The position numbers were made by a program, and so were the translations under genes. Below, in pieces: positions 10,314-20,679 of a stretch of DNA of 21,118 bases; position 1 is the stretch's first letter, and every line of letters starts with the position of its first letter. Origin of the DNA: Tubiluchus corallicola (lineage: Eukaryota; Animalia; Priapulida); NCBI GenBank assembly GCA_030141605.1, contig JAQGDQ010001920.1, positions 1 through 21,118 of the forward strand, written 5' to 3'. The notes under the pieces were generated by a model, which was not told the origin of the DNA, ran no database searches, and was given only the letters and a program-made list of their open reading frames with translations.

Positions 10314-10478
10314 ACGTTGAGCATAGAGTTGTCAGAATCGAAACAGACGCAGGGCATGACACGGAATGACATGATCCATTACGAGAACGTGAAACAGGGC
10401 CGTGACAAGTACAAGACGTTGAAACAGATCCGAATGGGCAACACAAAGTTGAGGGTGGATCAGTTTGAACAGATGTAG
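10314..10478 (+). CDS. ERM: ERM protein, terminal coding exon (C-ERMAD F-actin-binding tail)
   Basis: Acceptor cttcttttacacttgCAG (ends 10313). Encodes [54 protein letters not shown]. The regulatory Thr of KYKTL (equivalent to ezrin T567 / moesin T558) is at 10416-10418. Confidence 0.97.
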   Translation, partial: TLSIELSESKQTQGMTRNDMIHYENVKQGRDKYKTLKQIRMGNTKLRVDQFEQM

Positions 10479-10584
10479 ACGCAATGTTGAACCGCTAGTA
10501 TTTATGAGGTTTTAATGTTGCAAATTATTTTGCTGTATAGTAATTCGTCTGTATCATCAGTCCATTCTCTTATTTGCTATTCAT

Positions 10585-11091
10585 CAGTGGCGTAGCAAGT
10601 GGGGGGGGGGCAAAAATCTTCTGGTGCCCTAGTATTTTAATGCTTTGCTCATTTGTTTCGTGGGTAGAGCCACAAATTGTGTCCAGGAAAGTTGTTCATA
10701 ACACAACAGTCGTTTAACATTCAGCTCCAGCATTAAAACAAGCAGCAAAGATTATGAAAGATACAGAATGCTACAAGTTTTCCCTGTAATGCAATCGGCA
10801 TTCAGAGAAACATCGCTGTTTCTCCCAAAATTATCGATCTGTAAAAGTCACGCGACACCCCTTACTTAACAACATTAGCTTTCTTTCCTAGGTTGTGTGT
10901 AGTGATTAAGTCAGCTACGATGACCTTTGACTAGGCAGTTTTGTTGCTGTTTGAAAACTTTTGTTAATTGTTTCGTTAATGTCGGATCTGTAATTAATAA
11001 TTAACAGTCACGAAATCTAAAACAAGTTTTTGTCCTCTCATCCTTGTGCCCAGGGGTGATTGCCCCCACCCCCCGCCTTGCTACGCCTCTG
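10585..11091. mobile_element. hAT-type MITE (507 bp) just downstream of the ERM stop codon
   Basis: TIRs CAGTGGCGTAGCAAG / CTTGCTACGCCTCTG (14/15) and a perfect 8-bp TSD CTATTCAT (10577-10584, 11092-11099). Confidence 0.92.
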
Positions 11092-11120
11092 CTATTCATA
11101 GCCCTGGTTGTAATGTCACT

Positions 11121-11126
11121 AATAAA
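11121..11126 (+). promoter_or_regulatory. candidate polyadenylation signal of the ERM gene
   Basis: First AATAAA I see after the stop codon. Other candidates lie near 11709, 11785, 12271 and 12511, and the sequence is AT-rich. Confidence 0.35.
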
Positions 11127-11238
11127 AAATATAGCACAGAAATTGTAACGTAACAGTAATCTTGCCGGGTACATGTTTTTATGAAAACAAAGTTGTTCAT
11201 TAGCTGATATTAGTAGCTGTGCAAGCCTCTTGGCCAAA

Positions 11239-11468
11239 ATCATTTTGACACGGTCATTGCCAAGTCAGCAAAAACTTTTTTAACAGAAGAGAAAGAATAT
11301 TTTGCTATTGTAAGATCATTTTGACTCGGTCATTGCCAAGTCAGCAAAAGCTTATTTAACGGAAGAGAAAGAATATTTTGCTATTGTAAGATCATTTTGA
11401 CTCGGTCATTGCCAAGTCAGCAAAAGCTTATTTAACGGAAGAGAAAGAATATTTTGCTATTGTAAGAT
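11239..11468 (+). repeat. 76-bp tandem repeat x3
   Basis: Unit ATCATTTTGACTCGGTCATTGCCAAGTCAGC...GCTATTGTAAG at 11239, 11315 and 11391. Confidence 0.95.
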
Positions 11469-12027
11469 AATATTCCTGTATTACAATGATTAACAAATTA
11501 TGTGCAAGTTCTAATTTAGCTTGTGGTGTGGAAAAGTTGTGTTTTAACCGACTCGGTTATAAGTCTTGTGCGTGTTCGTTTGTGACGACCTTATCACATT
11601 ATGCCCAGTTTGCTGTAAGTTCACCGAAATTGCTAAAATTTTATGAAGTTATGAAAAAACAGCGCGCATAAATGTTTAGAAGTGAATGACATTGAAAGTT
11701 GTTTAACCAATAAACAGAAGGTTTCAGAAAGGCAAGAATGAACAAGCAACAACTGTTACAATGGTGGATCCTCGAACAAGCTACAATAAACTAGCTATAC
11801 AAAGATGGACTCAGCAGCGAGGACTTTAGCAATACAACGATGAACACGCGACAGGTAGAATCGTGGCGGATCCAGAGAACGGACTTCGGCAATGTAATCA
11901 GCGAGTTCGTCAGAAAGAAACGAGCGCAAGACAAATAACCGAGCCTGTTAAAAAACACAACTGTTTTACACCACAAGCTAAATTAGAACTTGAATATAAT
12001 TGTAATCATTGTAATGCAGGAATATTA
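11468..12027. mobile_element. long-TIR (foldback-like) MITE, ~560 bp
   Basis: Imperfect inverted repeats of ~120 bp (11468-~11590 vs ~11905-12027). They include CAAGTTCTAATTTAGCTTGTGGTGT / ACACCACAAGCTAAATTAGAACTTG and termini TAATATTCCTG / CAGGAATATTA. A TA TSD is possible. Confidence 0.8.
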
Positions 12028-12425
12028 CAACAACTGTTTAAGCTGTTCAGTGAAGTTTTATTTACTGGTTTAGGTGTGCCTTGTTCTTCATGGTGTTCCT
12101 AATCTGCTCCCTGTCTGAACACTATCACTTCAAATTTAAACGGGAATTTTTGACCGCCCATTCTTGTTCTTCGTCCATTTCTTGTCCTTCGTCCATTTCT
12201 TTCAAAACGTTTAAATTAAAATCGACAAAACAACTGAAAGTATTTCTAACTACTTCACATTTTGTAACGTAATAAACGAACAACCTTCAACAACAACTTT
12301 TCCGCCTTTCTAAGATCCTGTCATAAAGATGCTTTTACGTTTTTGAGAAAGCAATTTTGTAAATATTTTGGTAATTCGAATCTAACTAATGCATTCCATT
12401 TAACTGTGATTTAAGGGTTGTGATT

Positions 12426-12611
12426 GATTAATACATTATAAATTTATGATTGTTACTGTTAGTACGTGGTACAACTTTATACTTTTTATATCAAAATCAT
12501 TAAAATTATCAATAAACGATTACTACATTATAAATTTACGATTGTTACTGTTGGTACCTGGTACAACTTTATACTTTTTATATCAGAATCACATGAACAT
12601 TATCAGTAAAC
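12426..12611 (+). repeat. ~92-bp direct tandem duplication x2
   Basis: TACATTATAAATTTAYGATTGTTACTGTTRGTACSTGGTACAACTTTATACTTTTTATATCA begins at 12432 and 12524. Confidence 0.88.
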
Positions 12612-13114
12612 TCTAATTTGAATTGTGTTAGTTAAATAATTGTGGTTTTGTGATTAAAAATAAGTGGCTAATTCCATTTTGTGCAATTATTGCAAGTGCA
12701 GCTTATAAAATCAATATATTTACTAAATTAGAATAGCAAAAAATTTTGTATGTGTAAATGAAAATTTACAGTAATTAACAAAATGCACATACAAAATTAA
12801 CGATTTTTTTAAATTCGTATCATTAATTTGTATTATTAAAGTGACTTACATTTATAGTACATATAAGAACTATTGTGTTTGTGTAGCTGTTTATGAGATA
12901 GAATGTATATGGGCTACAAATTGATACGGTAATTGTTAAATGTACATTATTGTGCACGATTGTTACATGCTGTATGGAGAAGTTATCTGATGTTAAAAGT
13001 TTGCTGTTACGGTTGTACTTGATAAAGATTGTTATTATGAATAAGTGCATTGATCGTTTTTCTCATAATGTTAACAACAGTCTCTAAGTTAAGTGAGTGC
13101 TAGATGCTCTAAGC

Positions 13115-13598
13115 CAGGGGTGTGCAAATTGCGGCCCGCCGAGAGAATTTGTGCGGCCCGTGAAAAGATTTGTCAACCTAATGAAAGTGCGGCCCGGGCG
13201 ATTAATTGAGTGTATCCAGCTGAAGTTCGTGCCACGATCCCAAAAATAGTGCGGGTAGTTTTTTTCTACTAGATCGGATGCCATTAACCCTTACAAGACG
13301 GTTGTAGCTTAATGTCGCTGTACTACACAGACTGTGTGATACACATTACTAATATGCATTGTAATGAAATTACCACTATCTGTCCTGAAAGTAGAAATAT
13401 ATGGTTTGGAATATAAATTTTAATAACTCCTAAAATAGTTTCTTGAGTGTAGTAGTAATGATGTACGAAGGTCGGATGCAAAACAAATCGTTATTAGGCC
13501 TTTCTGTACTTGGCTCCTTGATCAAACTGCCTGTGGCCCACAGGAATTGCGGGAAAGTTTAATGTGGCCCGGCTAGTCAGATAATTTGCACACCCCTG
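13115..13598. mobile_element. hAT-Charlie-like MITE (484 bp)
   Basis: Perfect 16-bp TIRs CAGGGGTGTGCAAATT / AATTTGCACACCCCTG and repeated subterminal GCGGCCC/GTGGCCC motifs. The flanks CTCTAAGC / GTCTAGGG resemble the Charlie target nTCTAGAn, but match each other at only 5/8. Confidence 0.85.
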
Positions 13599-13918
13599 GT
13601 CTAGGGTCTTAGCTTGCTAGCAACATTAAAAAATAGTGCTAATTTCGATAGTAAAAAAACTCGTCGTGTAGTAGTTTTGACAATTTTGATTATTGTACCA
13701 ATATCTATTATGTAATTCATTATAATCTCATGGTTAATGGCGCTAACACGTTGTCGACGTTAATCGTAATTCTGCACCTAGTTGAAATTAGATAGTATAT
13801 CTGTCCTGTTCTTCTGTTTCATTCATGTTCGAGAAAAAACTTCTATAACATGTTTGTTAGTGTTCGATTTTAATATAGTTTTGATAAATTAAATTAAATT
13901 GTGAGTATGACAGTTCCG

Positions 13919-14339
13919 ACTACTAGTGTCGTCTTCGTTCAAAAAAACTTCAGGTTTCTGGTTTTGTTTCAGCTCTAACTGTAGTTGAACATGTGCCATA
14001 GCGTCGATATTGATTCCATTACCAACTACTAGTGTCGTCTTCGTTCAAAAAAACTGCAGGTTTCTGGTTTTGTTTCAGCTCTAACTGTAGTTGAACATGT
14101 GCCATAGCGTCGACATTGATTCCATTACCAACTACTAGTGTCGCCTTCGTTCAAAAAAACTGCAGGTTTCTGGTTTTGTTTCGGCTCTAACTGTAGTTGA
14201 ACGTGTGCCATAGCGTCGATATTGATTCCATTACCAACTACTAGTGTCGCCTTCGTTCAAAAAAACTGCAGGTTTCTGGTTTTGTTTCGGCTCTAACTGT
14301 AGTTGAACGTGTGCCGTAGCGTCGATATTGATTCCATTA
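13919..14339 (+). repeat. 106-bp tandem repeat x4
   Basis: Unit TACTAGTGTCGYCTTCGTTCAAAAAAACTGCAGG...GATTCCATTACCAAC at 13921, 14027, 14133 and 14239. Confidence 0.95.
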
Positions 14340-14753
14340 TTATCCTTGTAACATGGTCTTAGTGTTGTGCCTTAAATTATGAAAAGTTAGTTATCGCTTG
14401 AACGTTAATTGACTAACTTTAGGATTCGTTTAAATCAAGCCTTCAAATGTATCTGATTCTCATCATGTCGCTTATCATCTGACTGTATTTTGCAAACGTG
14501 TTGATCATTTCATCAAAGATAACTAAACAACTATGCTGAGTTTTGTGAGGTTGTTTTAGTATTTGTTAATTTTTTTATGATATTTGATGGCAAATTTGGT
14601 GGATTTAGTTACAAACTGTGCACTACTAGTATAGGTCACCGGTACTAATTTGTACTAGCCCCAGTACAGTGCAGTACAAAGTTTGCAAATGATGTCACAT
14701 TCATAATATGTAAAATTTTCTTACGTGATGCTTCTGTTTTTAGTCTTGGTATA

Positions 14754-14992
14754 CAGGGCCTATTTCAGGTGGCGGGGGGAGTGGGGATACTTCAAGTATT
14801 GACATTGACAAGTATCAAGGACTGATCTTGAGAATAAAGCAGTTTTTCTTTCAATTGTTCTTTCCTTTAACAACTGTATAACTCCATATTTTCTCTTCGA
14901 AAATGTTTCCCCGGCGTTCTAGAAGTTCAAACATTTTGGGGGCCTCACACGCCCCACTTCCCCGGGCCTCGCTTAGGCTGAAATAGGCCCTG
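14754..14992 (-). mobile_element. hAT-type MITE, family A copy 2 (239 bp, inverted, internally shorter)
   Basis: Same 14-bp TIRs as 3368-3754 and a perfect TSD TTGGTATA (14746-14753, 14993-15000). The internal sequence is the reverse complement of copy 1 with segments missing. Confidence 0.93.
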
Positions 14993-15634
14993 TTGGTATA
15001 TACAGTTTCAAGAGTAGCTCTGTCGTTCTGTGTGCGAACACAAAACACCCAATTGTAGTGCCATATGTAATTTGTACTTGTCTATGAACACCCACGCTCC
15101 CGAGACCAACATTAATAGTAATAGTAACTGTTTATTGAATAGGGATCATCTGCGTAATCTTGTTACCAATGTTATTACCATCTTACTTCACCATAATTGA
15201 CAAACTGTGTCAGGTCCTGAGTGGGAACGACTTGTGTCATAGAAGTCGTCAGAACTCAAAAAATTTGACAGAATCTTGACAAAAATGTTACAAAAATTGC
15301 TACTCTGAAAATACGCACTCATATGAAATTTTATACAGTATTTTTCGTAATATTTTTACACTTTGTCCTCTATCTGTAAGATTTTGTAGTGCAATCAATC
15401 ACAGTTTGCATATTGAATGAGATCTTAAAAAGACTAGTACATAGTTTTTGAGTTAAGTGATCAGACGTTACAGTATGTTGATGTAATCCATGCCAACCAG
15501 TTTAATAAAATAAATCAGTTTTAACACAAAATACTTAATAAATCATTCGTGTTGACATGCATTTTCCATTGCTCTAGCAGTACTATAAAATTGCTAACTT
15601 GTCAGAGTGTGAACACTCTATGGTGAAATAACCG

Positions 15635-18600
15635 CAGCACTGTTAATTCAACAATGATAAACATTACGTTAATCAACAGCACTGTTAATTCAACAATGAT
15701 AAACATTGTGTTAATCAACAGCACTGTTAATTCAACAATGATAAACATTACGTTAATCAACAGCACCGTTAATTCAACAATGATAAACATTGTGTTAATC
15801 AACAGCACTGTCAACAATAATGAACATTACGTTAATCAACAGCACTGTTAATTCAACAATGATGAACATTACGTTAATCAACAGCACTGTTAATTCTACA
15901 ATGATAAACATTGTGTTAATCAACAGCACTGTCAACAATAATGAACATTACGTTAATCAACAGCACTGTTAATTCAACAATGATAAACATTACGTTAATC
16001 AACAGCACCGTTAATTCAACAATGATAAACATTGTGTTAATCAACAGCACTGTCAACAATAATGAACATTACGTTAATCAACAGCACTGTTAATTCAACA
16101 ATGATAAACATTACGTTAATCAACAGCACTGTTAATTCAACAATAATGAACATTACGTTAATCAACAGCACTGTTAATTCAACAATGATGAACATTACGT
16201 TAATCAACAGCACCGTTAATTCTACAATGATAAACATTGTGTTAATCAACAGCACCGTTAATTCTACAATGATAAACATTGTGTTAATCAACAGCGCTGT
16301 TAATTCAACAATGATGAACATTACGTTAATCAACAGCACTGTTAATTCAACAATGATGAACATTACGTTAATCAACAGCACTGTTAATTCAACAATGATA
16401 AACATTGTGTTAATCAACAGCACTGTTAATTCAACAATGATGAACATTACGTTAATCAACAGCACTGTTAATTCAACAATGATAAACATTACGTTAATCA
16501 ACAGCACTGTTAATTCAACAATGATAAACATTACGTTAATCAACAGCACTGTTAATTCAACAATGATAAACATTACGTTAATCAACAGCACTGTTAATTC
16601 AACAATGATAAACATTACGTTAATCAACAGCACTGTTAATTCAACAATGATAAACATTGTGTTAATCAACAGCACTGTTAATTCAACAATGATAAACATT
16701 ACGTTAATCAACAGCACTGTTAATTCAACAATGATAAACATTACGTTAATCAACAGCACCGTTAATTCAACAATGATAAACATTGTGTTAATCAACAGTA
16801 CTGTTAATTCAACAATGATAAACATTACGTTAATCAACAGCACCGTTAATTCAACAATGATAAACATTACGTTAATCAACAGCACTGTTAATTCAACAAT
16901 GATAAACATTACGTTAATCAACAGCACCGTTAATTCAACAATGATAAACATTACGTTAATCAACAGCACTGTTAATTCAACAATGATAAACATTACGTTA
17001 ATCAACAGCACCGTTAATTCTACAATGATAAACATTGTGTTAATCAACAGCACCGTTAATTCAACAATGATAAACATTGTGTTAATCAACAGCACCGTTA
17101 ATTCAACAATGATAAACATTACGTTAATCAACAGCACTGTTAATTCAACAATGATAAACATTACGTTAATCAACAGCACCGTTAATTCAACAATGATAAA
17201 CATTGTGTTAATCAACAGCACCGTTAATTCAACAATGATAAACATTGTGTTAATCAACAGCACTGTTAATTCAACAATGATAAACATTACGTTAATCAAC
17301 AGCACTGTTAATTCAACAATGATAAACATTACGTTAATCAACAGCACTGTTAATTCAACAATGATAAACATTACGTTAATCAACAGCACTGTCAATTCAA
17401 CAATGATAAGCATTACGTTAATCAACAGCACTGTTAATTCAAAAATGATAAACATTGTGTTAATCAACAGCACTGTTAATTCAACAATGATAAACATTAC
17501 GTTAATCAACAGCACTGTTAATTCAACAATGATAAACATTACGTTAATCAACAGCACTGTTAACTCAACAATGACAAACATTGTGTTAATCAACAGCACT
17601 GTTAATTCAATGATAAACATTGTGTTAATCAACAGCACCGTTAATTCAACAATGATAAACATTGTGTTAATCAACAGCACCGTTAATTCAACAATGATAA
17701 ACATTGTGTTAATCAACAGCACCGTTAATTCAACAATGATAAACATTACGTTAATCAACAGCACTGTTAATTCAACAATGATAAACATTGTGTTAATCAA
17801 CAGCACCGTAAATTCAACAATGATACACATTACGTTAATTAACAGCACCGTTAATTCAACAATGATAAACATTGTGTTAATCAACAGCACCGTTAATTCA
17901 ACAATGATAAACATTACGTTAATCAACAGCACCGTTAATTCAACAATGATAAACATTGTGTTAATCAACAGCACTGTTAATTCAACAATGATAAACATTG
18001 TGTTAATCAACAGCACTGTTAATTCAACAATGATAAACATTACGTTAATCAACAGCACTGTTAATTCAACAATGACAAACATTGTGTTAATCAACAGCAC
18101 TGTTAATTCAACAATGATAAACATTGTGTTAATCAACAGCACTGTTAATTCAACAATGATAAACATTGTGTTAATCAACAGCACTGTTAATTCAACAATG
18201 ATAAACATTGTGTTAATCAACAGCACCGTTAATTCAACAATGATAAACATTATGTTAATCAACAGCACTGTTAATTCAACAATGATTAAAATTGTGTTAA
18301 TCAACAGCACTGTTAATTCAACAATGATAAACATTACGTTAATCAACAGCACTGTTAATTCAACAATGATAAACATTGTGTTAATCAACAGCACCGTTAA
18401 TTCAACAATGATAAACATTACGTTAATCAACAGCACCGTTAATTCAACAATGATAAACATTGTGTTAATCAACAGCACTGTTAATTCAACAATGATAAAC
18501 ATTGTGTTAATCAACAGCACTGTTAATTCAACAATGATAAACATTACGTTAATCAACAGCACTGTTAATTCAACAATGATAAACATTGTGTTAATCAACA

Positions 18601-18944
18601 GCACTGTTAATTCAACAATGATAAACATTGTGTTAATCAACAGCACAATTCAACAATGATAAACATTGTAATCAACAGACTGTTAATTCAACAATGATAA
18701 ACATTTGTTAATCAACAGCACCGTTAATTCAACAATGATAAACATTATGTTAATCAACAGCACTGTTAATTCAACAATGATTAAACATTGTGTTAATCAA
18801 CAGCACTGTTAATTCAACAATGATAAACATTGTGTTAATCAACAGCACTGTTAATTCAACAATGATAAACATTGTGTTAATCAACAGCACTGTTAATTCA
18901 ACAATGATTAATATTATGTTAATCAACAGCACTGTTAATTCAAC
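15635..18944. repeat. 42-bp satellite array, ~3.3 kb, about 79 copies
   Basis: Unit CAGCACTGTTAATTCAACAATGATAAACATT(ACG/GTG)TTAATCAA. The interior is very homogeneous, with degenerate units at both edges. Confidence 0.98.
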
Positions 18945-19084
18945 TTTGACGAAATTTGGCTCAGTGAATGATTGTAAACTCAATGAGAATAAAAAACTTA
19001 ACGCTTTATTACTACGGGTGCTAGGCTTTTGTGTTTTGACAAGATGATGTTGAATAATATTTGAACCTGTCTTTTGTCAAGGTC

Positions 19085-19188
19085 AGTTTTAAAAATTTTG
19101 GTACAGCGTACTGTTAAAGTTTTAACAAATTTTGGTACAGCGTACTGTTAAAGTTTTAACAAATTTTGGTACAGCGTACTGTTAAAGA
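19085..19188 (+). repeat. 34-bp tandem repeat x3
   Basis: Unit AGTTTTAACAAATTTTGGTACAGCGTACTGTTAA. Confidence 0.92.
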
Positions 19189-19661
19189 TAGGGTGTTTGT
19201 TTAGTGTTGTTGTATAATACTCCAGCTGACGTGTTTGTTTAATGAAAAATAGATCTTGGGTGAAAATTGAAGTACAGTGCTACTGTAAGATATTCAGTGT
19301 GTTGTACAAAAACTAGGCAAGTTTTAAGATAAGAATTCAAATTTACCACTGTGCTCACGCATGAGCTGCTGAACATGTGAAGTTCGCCATAAAATAACAC
19401 ATCGGAGCTGAGAGGTACAGCACCTGTTTTTGTGCAATGCTTTTCCGAAATGCAAGCGCTAATGCAGTCTAACTACAGAATGGAGAAATGCATGTAACTG
19501 CGAAGAACTAGTGATGCGAACGAGAAATTGTGTTTGTGTGGTAACAATTCTTTCACGTAAGTCATTATTGAAAAAAAAACAGTATCTTTCCTGTCAAGAT
19601 TTTGTAGGGTAGATTGTTTTGACCTGCAGTTTAAGATTGGGTCCGGTTTTGCCTTAACTAT

Positions 19662-19664
<3 letters not shown>

Positions 19665-19700
<36 letters not shown>
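19665..19700. repeat. (TA)18 microsatellite
   Basis: Read directly. Confidence 0.96.
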
Positions 19701-19701
<1 letters not shown>

Positions 19702-19841
19702 TATACATGCTAAACTATCCTAATAAGCTAATAATTCTGTTACACAAAACTGCTAGTTTACACAGAGGAAATCACCAGTAATCACTCTGAATAGTATTGC
19801 ATTGTTATATAAAAGCACTTTTAAGTACATTGTCTTAAGTA

Positions 19842-19921
19842 GGGTGAAGGAGTGGTCTAGATTTCGGACTGTAACTACGCAGTCTTGAGTTCGATACTAG
19901 TGACCGCCAACGCCAGGACAT
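19842..19921 (+). mobile_element. tRNA-derived SINE, 5' head (split by the LINE insertion)
   Basis: A-box-like GGAGTGGTCTAG (19849-19860) and B-box GTTCGATAC (19889-19897) at tRNA-like spacing. The cloverleaf is decayed. Confidence 0.6.
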
Positions 19922-19943
19922 CCAATATTACCGTCGACGAATA

Positions 19944-20207
19944 TTGCCGAATTGTAACTGTGGATTTCGATTTGAGTCTGTTGAACACTTTCTGTTGCAC
20001 TGCCCATTGTATCAACTAACTAGGGTAGTTATGTTTGATAAATTAAATGAAATACTTCTGCCCGAAAACCTTAATATAGCTGTCTTAGGAAATAATGCTC
20101 TGTTGAAGTTGTTATTATTCGGAAAAGATGAATTTAACTATGTTGCTAACTGTAAAATATTCCAATGCATACATGACTTTATATTACGTACTAAACGCTT
20201 CCAGTAG
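19944..20207 (+). pseudogene. C-terminal CCHC zinc-knuckle fragment of a non-LTR retrotransposon ORF2
   Basis: PNCNCGFRFESVEHFLLHCPLY...LLFG...N.KIFQCIHDFILRTKRFQ* shows the CxC..E...HFLLHCP and FI..TKRF motifs. No RT or endonuclease domain is present. Confidence 0.88.
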
Positions 20208-20275
20208 TTTCTATCTGATATGAAATGCATCAGTCTTAAATAATCGTACATTAATATTTTTTAACAGTCATTTTC

Positions 20276-20572
20276 TACTAATGTCTGATGTATTCTTGTA
20301 GTAAAACTTGTTAGCTTGTGTAGTCATAGTCTATTCTTACTGTAAATGTTACTAATGTCTAATGTAATCTTGTAGTAAAACTTGTCAGCTTGTGTAGTTA
20401 TAGTCTATTCTTACTGTAAATGTTACTAATGTCTAATGTAATCTTGTAGTAAAGCTTGTCAGCTTGTGTAGTTATAGTCTATTCTTACTGTAAATGTTAC
20501 TAATGTCTAATGTAATCTTGTAGTAAAACTTGCCAGCTTGTGTAGTTATAGTCTATTCTTACTGTAAATGTT
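20276..20572 (+). repeat. 74-bp tandem repeat x4 inside the LINE 3' UTR
   Basis: Unit TACTAATGTCTAATGTAATCTTGTAGTAAAACTTG...ACTGTAAATGT at 20276, 20350, 20424 and 20498. Confidence 0.95.
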
Positions 20573-20679
20573 TTTGTAAATAGTGTGTAAAGTCTGTTGT
20601 GGTGAGGATCCTAAATCATGTTGTTCAAACTGTCTGATCCAATCCTAAATAAATTATGTTTAAACTAACGCCAGGACAT

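Larger units (their letters stand above)
19922..20666 (+). mobile_element. 5'-truncated CR1/L2-group LINE insertion (745 bp)
   Basis: Perfect 13-bp TSD AACGCCAGGACAT at 19909-19921 and 20667-20679. It contains an ORF2 C-terminus and a 3' end AATAAATTATGTTTAAACT. Confidence 0.88.

Noticed and set aside
16037-18659. 869-aa (-) and 865-aa (+) ORFs as protein-coding genes
   Set aside because: Both lie wholly within a 42-bp (3n) satellite and have no unique sequence. The array continues past both ORF ends through frameshifts.
15603-19365. TIR element enclosing the 42-bp satellite
   Set aside because: There is only loose similarity between CAGAGTGTGAACAC and GTGCTCACGCATG, and no TSD.
19842-19910. 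Functional tRNA gene
   Set aside because: A/B boxes are present but the acceptor and anticodon stems do not pair properly. It is better explained as a SINE head.
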